The translations under genes were made by a program, and so were the position numbers. A model generated the notes under the pieces. It saw only the letters and a list, made by a program, of their open reading frames with translations. It did not search any database and was not told where the DNA came from. 64,000 bases of DNA from Camelus ferus (Eukaryota), in contig NC_045698.1 in assembly GCF_009834535.1 (NCBI RefSeq), positions 3,474,001-3,538,000 on the forward strand, in the 5' to 3' direction. Each line of letters opens with the position of its first letter. Position 1 is the first letter of the stretch. This document shows, piece after piece, positions 50,501 to 62,485 of this stretch.

Positions 50501-51370
50501 AGAATTACCATTTGGTTCTTTTTTATAGTCTGTATTTCTCTAGGGAATGTCCCATTTGTTCACTTATTATGTCTGCTTTTTACCCCTTTGTAGCCTTGAA
50601 TATATTTGTAGCACATTACACGTGGCACGGTTATATGTTAGAACACGTTGCTATTTTCTGTTGCGCATATTTATTTTGTTATCATAATAGAGGGGTCCTT
50701 CGGATTCCCTGAGCCTTTGTTTCATGCTTCCCTCAGGCTCATCAGTTCTGGTCTTCCCTCAGCCCCGGGCGCAGCCTGTCTTCTAGTTTGTGATTCTTAC
50801 TCCTGAGACGTGGACTTCGGGCTTTCCGCCGGACGCCCCCGATGCTCCCTGAAGTCCCTCCCCTTTGTGTGGGTTGGAACCCTGGCCTCACCCAGCATTG
50901 TGCTTTCTCTGTCTCCTAGCCCTTACCAGCGTCCAGCCCAGAGCTGCCGCCCTCTGCTAGGCCACTTAGAATCTCATCCCACGCGTCCACCACCACTCAG
51001 GCCGCAGATACCTGCCTGCAGGAAGTCCTCCGGGAGGCCTCTGAGGCTCCCCGCCCAGTGCAGCTTTTTCCCTTCTGGCCCCATTCCCACAAGTCCTAGC
51101 TACTCCTGCAGCCCCAACCCTGACCTCTGCACCCTCCACTCAGTGAGACTGCTGCTGTCTGCATGGGCCCACCTCTCTGCACCATGGTCAGTGAAGTGTC
51201 CCCAGACAGAGAACTGGGGAGGGCAGCACCCACCTGACAAATCGCCCTTCTCTTGAGGACCGGGCACTGTATGGCCTGTTGCAAGAGTCTGAATCAACTG
51301 GCCCATATATCTAGTCCAGTTTTACAGTCTTTGCACGTGGAAAAATAAGCCTGGTACCAGTGCCTCCATC
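47540..51370 (-). mobile_element. Large degenerate old L1 (3' fragment, ORF2 and ORF1 remnants)
   Basis: AT-rich antisense L1 signature. ORF 49142..49330 is EN-like (RTLYPTTAE) and ORF 50171..50353 is ORF1-like (KLSFKTEGEL..SRFMLQEMLEEVL). Confidence 0.75.
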
Positions 51371-54300
51371 ATGAACAGGAGAGAAAATACCTTCTGGAAA
51401 AAAAAAACAAAAAACAGCCATTAAAATCAACAATGTGAGCTCACTCCCTGTAACGTAAAATTGTTTCTCGATAGAACAAACTTGACATCGTTTTTATATA
51501 TATATATATAGTTAAATTCTGCTTATGTGTCCAGAATCTCTAATATACTGAATCTCAACTTTAAATATGGAGTGGCAATTCAGTTCTTTATTTTTCATAT
51601 GAATCAAAGCATCCCAGGACACTGACACTCTCATTTAAAAAATTTAATTTTTTAAAAGGAGCTCCTACTGAAATGTAATGAGAATGGGTTTATTTGATTC
51701 GATTGAAATGTAAAGAGCTGGAAGCTTTCTGATGGGAGAAAATAAAATGATAAATGGCAAAGAAGCTACCCAGGGCCTAAGCCAGCATGGGGCTCATGAG
51801 GCCCAGCCAACAGGAATTTACTGAGCTGGGTGGTGGGTGGAAGGATGATGCTTCAAGAGGGGCTGAATCGTTTAAGCTTAGCTTGGGAAGTTAGGATAAT
51901 GCAAACCCATGTGCATCCCTCTCTTGGATAAATAGCTGTGTATATTTGGCACGTGTGTGTGGGTGTTTACATACTTGTGTACAAATTCATACACATATAT
52001 GACCATGGCTTTCTCTGTCCACTGAGGACTTGCATATTGATCATCAGAATTAGTGATAAAAGCACACCACTGCTTGAAAAGCAAATAATTGCCATAAATT
52101 ATGTGTCCCACTGCAACATCATCTGTGCCTGCATTTTCAGTTTGTATTTCTGGAGCATCTGGTCCTGACAGTTTGAGAAAATGAATCTGGGGGTAGTCAG
52201 GTCACACTATGGAAATGCCACAAGAAATCCAACGCAGGTACCTGACATGTGTTTTTTATTTGGGGTGCTAGGCTGTGATGTGAAACTTAACTAGGTCAGC
52301 ATCACTGAAATCGGTCTCTGTGAACATAGCTCTTAAATTATGGGATGGAATGCAAGTGAGAGCCTTCATTACAGAGAGTGGTCCTTAGCGGCGAAGGTAA
52401 AAAGCCGGAGTCTCCACCTTCTTCTTCCTGAGTCAGGCGTTAGTTATTCCAACCACCGTGTCTTTATGGAGTACCTGTTCTGCTGTGTCAACATTGCTTG
52501 GGGGCCTGACCCTGCGGTCTGAGATGCAGGATGGCAGAGTTACTTTGAAATGTGATCACTTAGTGTCCTGGGTACTCTTGGTAAATTGGGAGCCCCTCCA
52601 CCACACCCAGCACGTCTTGCATTCCAAGTTCCTGGCCCTAGAACCATGATTTAATAGGGTCTTTGTTCCAGGAGGACCCTGAAGTTTTATTAAGAATGTA
52701 ATAACCTGCAGGCATAATGCTGAGTGTAATACAACCATTGTCCATTATGCCAAAAAGTTAGCAGTTAAGTCAGAGAATGATAAAAGTGAGAGGCAGTAAT
52801 CAGTCTGGGGTTGTTTAGGTAATAAATGAACAGAGGTTGAGGTACTAGCAATTTTATTTGTTTTCCAGGGCAGAATATCGCATTTTTATTAAACAGCCAG
52901 CAATTACATCTGTAGCCCAGCAAGGTCTCGAGCACTTTTTGACATGTTGGAACACAGTAACATGAATTATGTATTTCAAGGCTCTTCTTACTCTATGAGT
53001 TGCTTCTGGCTGCACGCTTGGAATGGGGGATTGAGCAGGTTCCAGGATGCGGCTGGAACAGACGGCGTGAGCTGGGCACGGACTGAGTGAGAGTGGCGAG
53101 CTGTAGTGGTTAGCATCCTGCACTTGGAGCTGTGTACTTAGAAAGGTCAAAAGCCTTGGCCCTCAGTAGTACCTTCCATCCACATTGCTTTATTCTGCAA
53201 AATGTTCCCAGAAACTGCAATGTAAGGATATTACAAAAATACTTGGAATAGCAGTTGAGGTATAGTATGTTCATATCATGAAGTCACCCTCTTAAGTCAC
53301 CTTAGAGGTTTTTTATAATCACAATCCCCTGATCACACTATTAGTTTCATTTTACAGTAAAAATGTCCCTGGTCATTCTGGCCAGGGTTTCCACAGGAGC
53401 AAACTAATGGACACTCAGCTCATTCAGAAAGCATTTATTGAAAGCCAGCTAGGTACTAAGCATTGTTCCTGGTATCAGTGACAAATAGATAAAAAGAATT
53501 TAACATTTGAAAACACTGTCTATTTTGTATCAACTCCCATAATCTTTGAAACTAACCCTTGAATTAGTACCACTAGCCCCCGTAAGCAGAGCCGTGAACC
53601 CCAAGCCGAGAGCTGGGGTTCTGCTCACGTCTCCTCATGTCCTTGAAGTGAGAAACGGCACATGCACTGGTTTGATGCCTGTTCGGTGCCAGGCCCTGAG
53701 TTGGGCACGTTCCCTGCGACCCCTTCATTCAGCCCCAGGACAAGTCGCTGGTTGGCTGCATGTGGGAGGACACGGGGGGTTCTGCCTGCTCGACTCACAT
53801 CGGGTAGGCAGACTCTCTACTGACCCCTGGGTCCATCTCCCGGCTGAAGCAACCGCAGGAGCAGCTGCCTCCCGCACGCCCACCATTCCTGTATCACTCA
53901 TTCATCCACCTGTCTGTGCGCCCAGAGCCTGAGTCAGTAGGTCTCTGTGAACCACCTCCCAAGGGCAGGTGTGCTTCCCCTGCCCCGCTGTCCGAACTCT
54001 GGCTGTGATCCACCACATCTCCACCCAGACACTGAGCCTCAGTCCACAAGCTGCAGTTTCAAGGGACTTTTATTTATATCCTGGTATTTTAGCACGTTGT
54101 CTTCCCTGCCAGCAAACGCAGTTTTCTGGTTGTCTCTTTGGAGAGTTACAGACATCCAGTCCTCTGCTTTTATAGATTCCTTTCGGTTTTATGGCTCTGA
54201 TCTCTAAACACCATTCTGGCCAAGGCCAGAGGCCCCCCCATACAGCACGCTTACTCCTGTCGTGAGAGCCAGACAGTGCGCTAGCCACTAATGAGACACA

Positions 54301-55579
54301 ATTGCCCCAGTACACTTAATGGTTCTGGAGCACTCTCAAGAAGATGAAGTTTCATGGCACAGTGATTGTAACCGTAGGAGGTTACTATGGATACCTCAAA
54401 ATAAAAGCAATTCATTGATATGCAAATTAAAGCATCGAAAGTTTACTTCTTTACCTTCCAAGTTCTCAAGAGCTATCTTATTAGTGAGAGAGATAACAAG
54501 GGGAAAGAAATATGAAGCTGTGTCTTTGACAAATATCTTAACTTCTAAATACGTAATAAGTAAATTTATGAAGGAGCTTTAGTTTTATGAAGGTAAAGTT
54601 AATATGGATTCTTAAGAAGGAAATCCTTTGAGAGACCACTCACATGATGCAGAAAGGCTCGTGGGAGCACTTCTCTAGCGTCAGTGAAACAGAGAATGAA
54701 AACACAAATGCCATGAACTGCTATCTCTCAAGGAGAACTATGTGGAAGTTTTGCTGTGTTGCATTTTTTTAATAACACAAAACACCCTGCAGACCCAGCG
54801 ATGAAATGTCTTGGGAAATAGAGCAGCACTTGTTCAAATATTCAGAATCTGTGTGCAGATCATTTAAGAAGCGTTTTCATCACAGGCAGTTAAAGCTACC
54901 ACCCGCGTTCCCAACGTTTCCGTTACGTCGTGAGTCCCACTGCATGCCCTGCACGAAGATGTTCCTTTGGGCTCTAGAGGGTATAAAAGTAAAAATAATT
55001 CTCTACTCCTGGAGAGACTTTTCTTGGCTATAAATCTCAGATCCTGTTTTATTTAAGGACACATCAGCCACGTAGGACCTCCTTGCTTTGCACACACCTT
55101 TCTTCTTCCCCGTCTTCCTTCCTTTGCACAAACCCTTCTTTCCTTCTCCTTTGAATGTTGTCCTCAAGCTCGAGTGGAATCAGATGTCCATCTTCTCTGA
55201 GTCTTTCCCTGAGTCCTCTGAGCAATACTCATTTCCCGTTCCAGCAAGCCCACCCCGCGCTGTGCCCCCTCACCCCGTAGGGGCGCCTCTCCCACGTGCA
55301 CCGGGTGGAGGTTTACAGCTCATCTCCCCTCTAAGGCCATTTCTGGGAGGATTGATCTGGTTGCATTTCTTATGGAACCTCCTGCCTGCAAGATACCTGG
55401 CATCTTCTAGGCCTTCATCAAAGCTGTGCGGATGGTGGATGGTGGATGGATGGGTGGGTGGACGGATGGCTAGAGAGAGGGATGGACAAGCCAGCAAGTT
55501 TCAGAACCATCTTCCATGTGGAAATGAGGATTCAGACTTGGAGAGGTTAGTGAGACGTAGGAACAAGAATGGATTATAA

Positions 55580-56018
55580 TGTCATTTGCAGCACCATGGA
55601 CGGACCTAGAGATTATCATACTAAGTGAGATAAGTCAGTCGGAGAAAGACAAATATGACATCACTCATATATGGAATCTAAAAAAATGACACAAACTTAT
55701 TTACAAAATAGAAAGAGACTCACGGACACAGGAAACAGACTTGTGGGGAACCGAGGAGAGAAGGATAAATTGGGAGTTAGGACTGGCAGATACCAACTAC
55801 TATGTACAGAATAGATAGACAGCAGGGTCCTACTGTATACACAGGGAACTATAGTCAATGGCGTGTGGTAAACCTGTAATGAAAAAGAATATGCATATAT
55901 ATATGTATATGTGTGTGTGTATATATGTGTGTATATGTGTAACTGAATCACTGTGCTGCACACCAGAAACTAACACAACATTGTAAATCAATTACACTTC
56001 AATTAAGAAAAGGAGAAA
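55580..56018 (+). mobile_element. 5'-truncated L1 3' end (camelid-type) with TSD
   Basis: catttgcagcaccatggacggacctagagattatcatactaagtga..acttcaatta plus A-rich tail. TSD AAGAATGGATTATAA (55565-55579) / AAGAATGAATTATAA (56019-56033). Confidence 0.9.
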
Positions 56019-56356
56019 AAGAATGAATTATAAAATGTTAGTTTTTTTTATTTTAATTTTTTGTAGTTTTCTTCAGTGTCTGGATTAAGCATATTTTACT
56101 CTTTAATTTAGAAATACAATTTTATTAAATTTATGATGAATAAAACCGAATTAAAGTTTCAGGGATAGAATTAAGTTGAACAGAGTCCAGAACATGAATC
56201 TTCTGGGTCCTCCCTCCATCGTAGGGGTCTACCACGAGGTAGAGTCAGCTTTTCATTTCTATCAATTGTTTTTCCCTTAAATGTTTCAGTGCTATTTCAT
56301 CACAGATGTATGGACCATTTCTGATACTAATGAATGACCTTCTTTTCCCCTTTTAG

Positions 56357-56452
56357 GATATCTGTAAAGCCCTGTGGTGCCACCGGATTGGAAGGAAATG
56401 TGAGACTAAGTTTATGCCAGCAGCAGAAGGCACTACTTGCGGGCATGACATG
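56357..56452 (+). CDS. ADAMTS16: ADAMTS16 exon 11 equivalent: DICKALWCHRIGRKCETKFMPAAEGTTCGHDM
   Basis: ttttag acceptor, 96 nt, donor ATG|GTAAGG. Missed by the ORF track. Confidence 0.96.
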
Positions 56453-56525
56453 GTAAGGAGCTAATCTTAGGTACATGCATCATAGTCTGATGTCAAGCTT
56501 TCAACCCACGCTTCTTTCCTCCTCT

Positions 56526-56920
56526 TGTTGCCGGAGATTAAGGTCTTGCCTCGCACAGGAGAGAATTCAAGAACAAGGCATAGTAAAGTGAAAGCACTTT
56601 TATTTAGAGAGACACACACTCCATAGGGAGAGCGCGGGCTGTCTCAGAAGGCGGGAGAGAGTGACCAGGAGGTGCAGGTTCTTAGTTTTTATGGGCCAAC
56701 GAGTAAGAGGATTATTCCAACTGCTTTGGGTCCCCGCCGCCACATGTTGACCATTTATGGTCAGTCCAGGAACTGTCACGGCACCTGTGGGTGCGCCATG
56801 AGGCTCAAGGTGTACTGGAAGTCGAATCTCCCGCCGTCTTGGTTCTAACCAGTCTGTCCTGTCCTCAGTGCTGTGTCCTTCCTTCCGTGGTTGTGCCCTG
56901 CCCCCTTGCCTCCTGTCTCA
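56526..56920 (-). mobile_element. ERV1-class solo LTR (different family from the 18-20 kb pair)
   Basis: 395 bp, minus strand TGAGACAGG...CAACA, perfect 4-bp TSD CTCT (56522-56525 / 56921-56924). Minus-strand TATA-like CATAAAAA (56686-56693) and AATAAA (56599-56604). Confidence 0.88.
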
Positions 56921-58639
56921 CTCTTGCCTTGGTATTTTTATCTCTTTCCATATCTACACCCATGCCAAAAAACTGCGCCTAATTTACACTGATACTATGC
57001 AGAGGACTCTTGTTCTCGCCTGTTCTCGCCTTTCCAATGATATCCATTCTAATGATGAGCTGTCTGGACTTCATCAACAGAGATGTCAGGCAACAGGTGA
57101 CGGCTGAATCTGTTTAGTAGGGGGAGGCGTTAAACCCTTGACCTCCTTTTCGCCATGTGAAGAGCCGGCTTATGTAGTTCTGTTAAAGTCACAAAGCATT
57201 GATTTAAGGACTGGAGCCAACTCTTTTGACCTATTGTTGCTCCTGTGGAAAAAAGGGATGTTCTACAGCAGGGAAAAGAAAAAATACATAAGATGGCAAG
57301 CTTATTACTAACTGGTAGGTAATGGTGATTTTTGTCATCAAAACTTAGAAATAAAGTATCTTAACGTGCAAGAGTACTGTTTTAATCCTTGTGATTCGGC
57401 CTGTGATTGTACTTTTTTCCAGCACATAAGAGGCTCTTGATAAAGACAGAAATGTATCAGAACCAAACTGTCACTGTAACGACCTTCATTCCACGCGTCT
57501 GATGCTTTGATGATGTAAAAGAGAAATGCGTGCCTGAATGCCACTGATCTAGGACGTTTAAAGTCCTAAGTAAATATTTCCCACCATAAACACATTGAAA
57601 TGTGAGTGCAGATAGAATGGATTCAAAGTATTAAGAAACAAAGCTGACATATGTGTGAAATTATTGCAACGCTGACTGAGGAAATGAGGTAAATTCGCTT
57701 AAGAATCTCGCCCAGCAACCACTCATCCTACACGTGTTAATGTGCTTTCTTTTCAGACTTTCACGGGGTGGGACTGATACGTAAATCCTTCTAGTGATGG
57801 AGGCAGCAGTAAATTCATCCACAACAGAAAAGTCTAATAAAATTGCTTTAGTTTCTCAAAAGAGAAAATGGATTTATCGAGCTACAACGATGTGGAAATA
57901 CCAATTAGCAAAGGATACCAGGGGATTCACCTGAGTGTTAAGCTTAGGTGATCACGGCGTTCTGCACATAAGTGGTTAAAATTGATCAAATTTTGCAAAT
58001 CTGATAGTTTGCCAAATTACACCCATTTGGCAGCCCTCGCGCCGCTGCCCTGAGTGACGGTTCGCAGGGACAGCGCTTGGCCCTCCAGGCGTCCGACTTC
58101 GTTTTCGTCACCTGCTGTTTCCCTGGAGGATGTTCTTGTTCTGTTGTATTTACCTTGAAAGCACAGGTAAACTGATTTTCATTGATGTTTTCTGTTATTT
58201 TTCCCTTGTGTTTCCAAATAGAGCTTTTACCTTCACATTGAAGAGAATTAGAGCATGTTTTTAAAAAAGCCGGAGTAGGTGCCTACAAATTACATTAAGC
58301 GTTCCGCCCAGGGTCACGTGGCGTGGCTGCCCAGTGGCCATAGTGGGATGAGTGTCAGAGGCTCCTGTAAAAGCTCCCTGTGGTGTTAGCTGTGTGTCTT
58401 CCTGTCTCGCTGGGGCGCAGGTGTCCGTGAGGTCTGCTAACTTGGCAGCGAGCATTAGCAGAAGTCAGCATCCCAGTGCTTCGGGATGTTCCAGGGCAGC
58501 GCGTGTGCTCCTGATGACCAGAGAGGACAGCAGTACTGCTGTGCACCTTTCTCCTGCGTGGGGACCTGTTTTCCGCCACCTGCCGCCGACACTGGGGCAT
58601 GGGGGTTAATCCAACCAACGGTCAGTGCATCTTTTAGTG

Positions 58640-58850
58640 GCAAGCACTGTACTTAAAACATGATATACATTTAATCCTCACAAGCACCCTGGGAGGGTGA
58701 CCCTACTGCCACCCCCACTGTGCACCCAAGAATTCTTCCAGGGAAAGGACGCCGGGCTCCTCTGCACTCACGCCGTGAGATGCCCAGAACAGGGGCGTCA
58801 GGACTGCCGCCTGGGTCGCACCAAAGCAGATTCTGATTCTTTAATAATCC
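58640..58850 (-). mobile_element. MIR remnant
   Basis: agcactgtactt..catttaatcctcacaagcaccctgggagg. Confidence 0.55.
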
Positions 58851-59559
58851 CGAACATAAGATTAAATGAGCCCTAACTTTGTAATGACATTGCCCGTGGT
58901 GCGAGGCACGTGGCCTCATTCCACGGGTCTTCAGAACTCAGTCTGGTGGTTTCCGCCATCCTGAGTGTTCACAGGAGGACAGGCAGGCTCAGGGCCCGAG
59001 TAATGTGCCCCGGGTCACTCACCTGGCTGACCTGACGCACGGGGCTGGTTCTCCACTCCACAGGGTCGGTTTCCGTGCCTTGCACTGCTGCTTCCCCGGG
59101 GGCGCCAGGCTGAGGTGTGAGAGCGGGTTGTGTGAGCAGCATCACGGGAGGGATGTGTGCCTCATCCTGCCGTGGCTCTTCCTAAGATAAAGCCTTTGCG
59201 TATTGGCCACACCCTCCATCAACTAAATATAAAAGTGTGATAAACGTGGGGTGGGCCTCAGAAGCATATCTGGTGTTTCAGTGGACATTTTGTGTGTCTG
59301 TTTAACATAGGGGTCTTACCCCTGACCACCTCACTGACGGGCTCCACTGGTCTGCTATCTGCGTGAAATTATACTAAAAATTGTGTGTGTGCAGGTTCGT
59401 GTTTGTGTGTCTGCGTGCTCCTGTGCATCCCCCCGGCCTCCCAGGAGAAGCTGTAGTTCTTTCTTCTCAGATTCTCAAGAAATTTTTTAAGTAATTTTTT
59501 AAAGTTAGTCATTTTGGGATACTATGGCCAAAATGGCAAAAAAAAAAAAAAAAAGCATC

Positions 59560-60320
59560 TGCAAGACTGTTAATTGCAGCAATAATAATCACAGCAAAAG
59601 ACTGGAAATGATGCAGATGTCCCCTAGCTGGGGACTGGCTGGAAACGCATCTAACGGAATGTCATGTAGCTGCAACAGAGGGACAAGGGATGTGCCTATA
59701 TGACTCTGTGGAATGAGCTACAGAACATATTGTTAAGTGGAAACGTGGGACGGAGAAAGATGTGGGTAATAGGCTGTCATTTATGAAAGAAAAGGAAATA
59801 CTGGTCTATATAATTATTTGATTATATTAAAAAGGGATAAACTCTAAGTTTGGGGGGAAAGTGTGTAAACATTTTCTGTAATTTTAAAACAAAATTACAT
59901 CAGATTTTATTATAGTAATTCATGCATATCCAAAGCAAAATGAAACATTTAGGCTTTAAGTTAAGTTGTTGGCTTAACTGCGACCGTGACAGAATTATCT
60001 AGGTGACTTTAGAACCTAGCTCTTTGTGCATCTCACGTAGACTGCCTCCAGCAGACAGTGAGCACCGCAGGGAATCTTAAACTGTTTTGAGCAATCACGT
60101 TCATACCGATAGGTTGGTTTTGCTCTTGTAAAACCATTAATTTTTACAGATTCCTACTCGGTGCTTTGCTGGCAGAATGCCAGCTGTGCCCAGTGAATGC
60201 ATCCGTTGGTGGGAAACCAGTGCGGTTGAACACAATGCTAGGTCTGCAGCTTTCGCATGTGGTGGAGGTGAAGAAACCACATGGATTTTAGCAGAATTCA
60301 CATCACTGAGCACGTCTCTA
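59560..60320 (+). mobile_element. Old L1 (L1MC/ME-like) 3' region remnant
   Basis: ttgcagcaata..agcaaaagactggaaa..atgtcc..ggggactgg..atattgttaagtggaaa. Confidence 0.55.
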
Positions 60321-60920
60321 GAGAAAGGAGAACTGATAGGATCGCCAGCCTCAGAGGGACAGGTGGAGCTCTGTGCAGGCTGTTTCATGTCCTCGGAAAG
60401 CCGTGTGACCCCTGACATGCATCCATTATAACCTCCAGGCTCCCAGCCCAGGTGCTTTGGAGCAAAAGCACAGAGCCCCGGCCAGAAATGACAAGGTGTT
60501 GAGGCCACAGAACCTCCAGCTGGACTTTTCTACCTGACAGTCAGTCTGCCCCAAAAGTCACATATGAAGGGTGTGTTGTTTCCAGGAAAGGTTAGAGTTC
60601 ACTCACCTGACAGGTGACCCATCAGCCTGAAACTTCCTGCATCACGACTCAATTACACCTGCTACGTTCCAGCCGCTCAGACAGACGCCTGAAAATAATT
60701 CTCCTCTCCCTCTTCCCTTCATGGGGATTTGTAGAACGAGGCTAGGTTTGAACAGAACAAAAAGGAGCAGCATTGAATGTATTTTTATTCTGTACTCCTG
60801 AGGGTGGAGATGGAGAGATCTGCCTATTTTACCAAACTCCCCAGTGCTGAGCATTACAGCAGCAATAAACCCACCGTCTGCCCATCAGTCATAATCGCTT
60901 TTTCCTTTTTTAATTTTCAG

Positions 60921-61069
60921 TGGTGCCGCGGAGGGCAGTGTGTGAAACATGGTGACGAGGGCCCCAAGCCCACCCATGGCCACTGGTCAGACTGGTCTCC
61001 CTGGTCCCCCTGCTCCAGGACCTGCGGAGGAGGGGTGTCTCACAGGGACCGGCTCTGCACGAACCCCCG
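60921..61069 (+). CDS. ADAMTS16: ADAMTS16 exon 12 equivalent: [49 protein letters not shown](R); TSR1
   Basis: ttttcag acceptor, 149 nt, donor CG|GTGAGC. Contains the WxxWxxW and [11 protein letters not shown]1 motifs. Confidence 0.97.
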
Positions 61070-62170
61070 GTGAGCACCCCCACCGCCCCCCACCAACCAG
61101 CCACCTCTCTGCTACGAACCTTCCTAACAGCATGTGGACGTAAGCTCAGTGATAATGATCCTGTATGACCTTAAAATCTCTCTTTCCTTACCCCCGTTGC
61201 TGTAAGGAACTCTAAGTCGAAAAGCACTTTTACTCAAGCATTTCTTGTACAATGATGTCTCTTTGATATAATTTAATTACTTGACCACAGCAGAGTAATG
61301 GACCCAACGGGGATATTCAGGAGCTGGATTTTAACCACGTTTACATGAAATACCAAAGTCCTGCCTAAAATAAGGAAATAAATCATGCAAAAAACATGGA
61401 GAACACGCATCAATAGATAAGCATCAGTAAGAACAAGTGAAAGGACTGGCTTTTCATCAAACACATTTACCATCACGACATGCGGTTTTGCTGTGCCCCC
61501 TGTAGAAGACAAGGATGCTGAAAGCAGTCACCACGGCAGTGAGCAAAGGGGTTTAAATCTTCCTCCTGCACCTACGTTTCTTTACTGTTAGTCATACGAC
61601 ATAAGCACAGTTATTTACTTCAGTCCTGTCTTTAGTCCTGTGCCGCGGCTGGGTGCTCTCTCATCCTGCTGTCTCCGCGAGAATTGTAGGGGGTTCGAGG
61701 GGTGTTGGCTGGCACTTCCAGCGAGTGGAAGATGACTGGCTCTTCTGTTCCCATTCGGTGTCACAAGGAAACTCATAGCGGGGAGAAGGTGCCATCCGGG
61801 AGGCGAAGTAGTTGCATTGCAGGCTCAGTTCTGCTTTTTATCAGCTCCTTCCTTGGTCACCCCCTCCTTTATAGACCTCGGAGAAGAGCGATGCTCACCC
61901 TGCCTTCCACTGAGTGATGAGCAAATTCGTGCGAACTCGCTCGCCAGATTCAGACCTGTTCTACTAAGGTTGCAAATAATACACTCCATAGAAAAGGGAA
62001 ACACGATGCGTATCATTAATATGTAAGAAGGTGCCAATGCCTTAGCAGAGATGCGCTTTTCTTACTTGGTGTCTGTAAGTGGTTTAACAGCATCTGTTCC
62101 ATCTTCCAATAAAGGAGGCATGAGTAGCTCTTAAAACATCAGGTTTCTAACTGCGACACATACATTCCAG

Positions 62171-62343
62171 ACCATCAAATGGAGGGAAGTTCTGTGCGGG
62201 CTCCGCTCGAGCTCTGAAGCTTTGCAACAGTCAGAAATGTCCCCACGGCAGCGTCGACTTCCGCGCCCTGCAGTGCGCCGCGTACAACGGCAAACGGTTC
62301 CGAGGATGGCACTACAAGTGGGAGCCCTACACCCACGTGGAAG
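62171..62343 (+). CDS. ADAMTS16: ADAMTS16 exon 13 equivalent: PSNGGKFCAGSARALKLCNSQKCPHGSVDFRALQCAAYNGKRFRGWHYKWEPYTHVE; end of TSR1 and start of Cys-rich domain
   Basis: ttccag acceptor, 173 nt, donor G|GTAGAT. In frame with the previous exon. Confidence 0.95.
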
Positions 62344-62380
62344 GTAGATCTCAGGCCCCGCTTCCTTGGGCTTTGCTGTC

Positions 62381-62485
62381 TTTTTCTTTTTTTTAACTGA
62401 AGTATAGTCAGGTACAGTGTGTCAGTTTCTGGTGTCCAGCATAAGGAGTTTGAGATTTGCAAATGATAACCACTATAAATAAAAA
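62381..62485 (-). mobile_element. Miniature 5'-inverted L1 3'UTR insertion (~105 bp)
   Basis: T-tail plus antisense terminus (aactgaagtatagtcag..gtttctggtgtccagcata), then a sense 3'UTR piece (ggagtttgagatttgcaaat..ctataaataaaaatgga, cf. 36221-36262). TSD TGGGCTTTGCTGTC (62367-62380) / TGGACTTTACTGTC (62486-62499). Confidence 0.8.
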
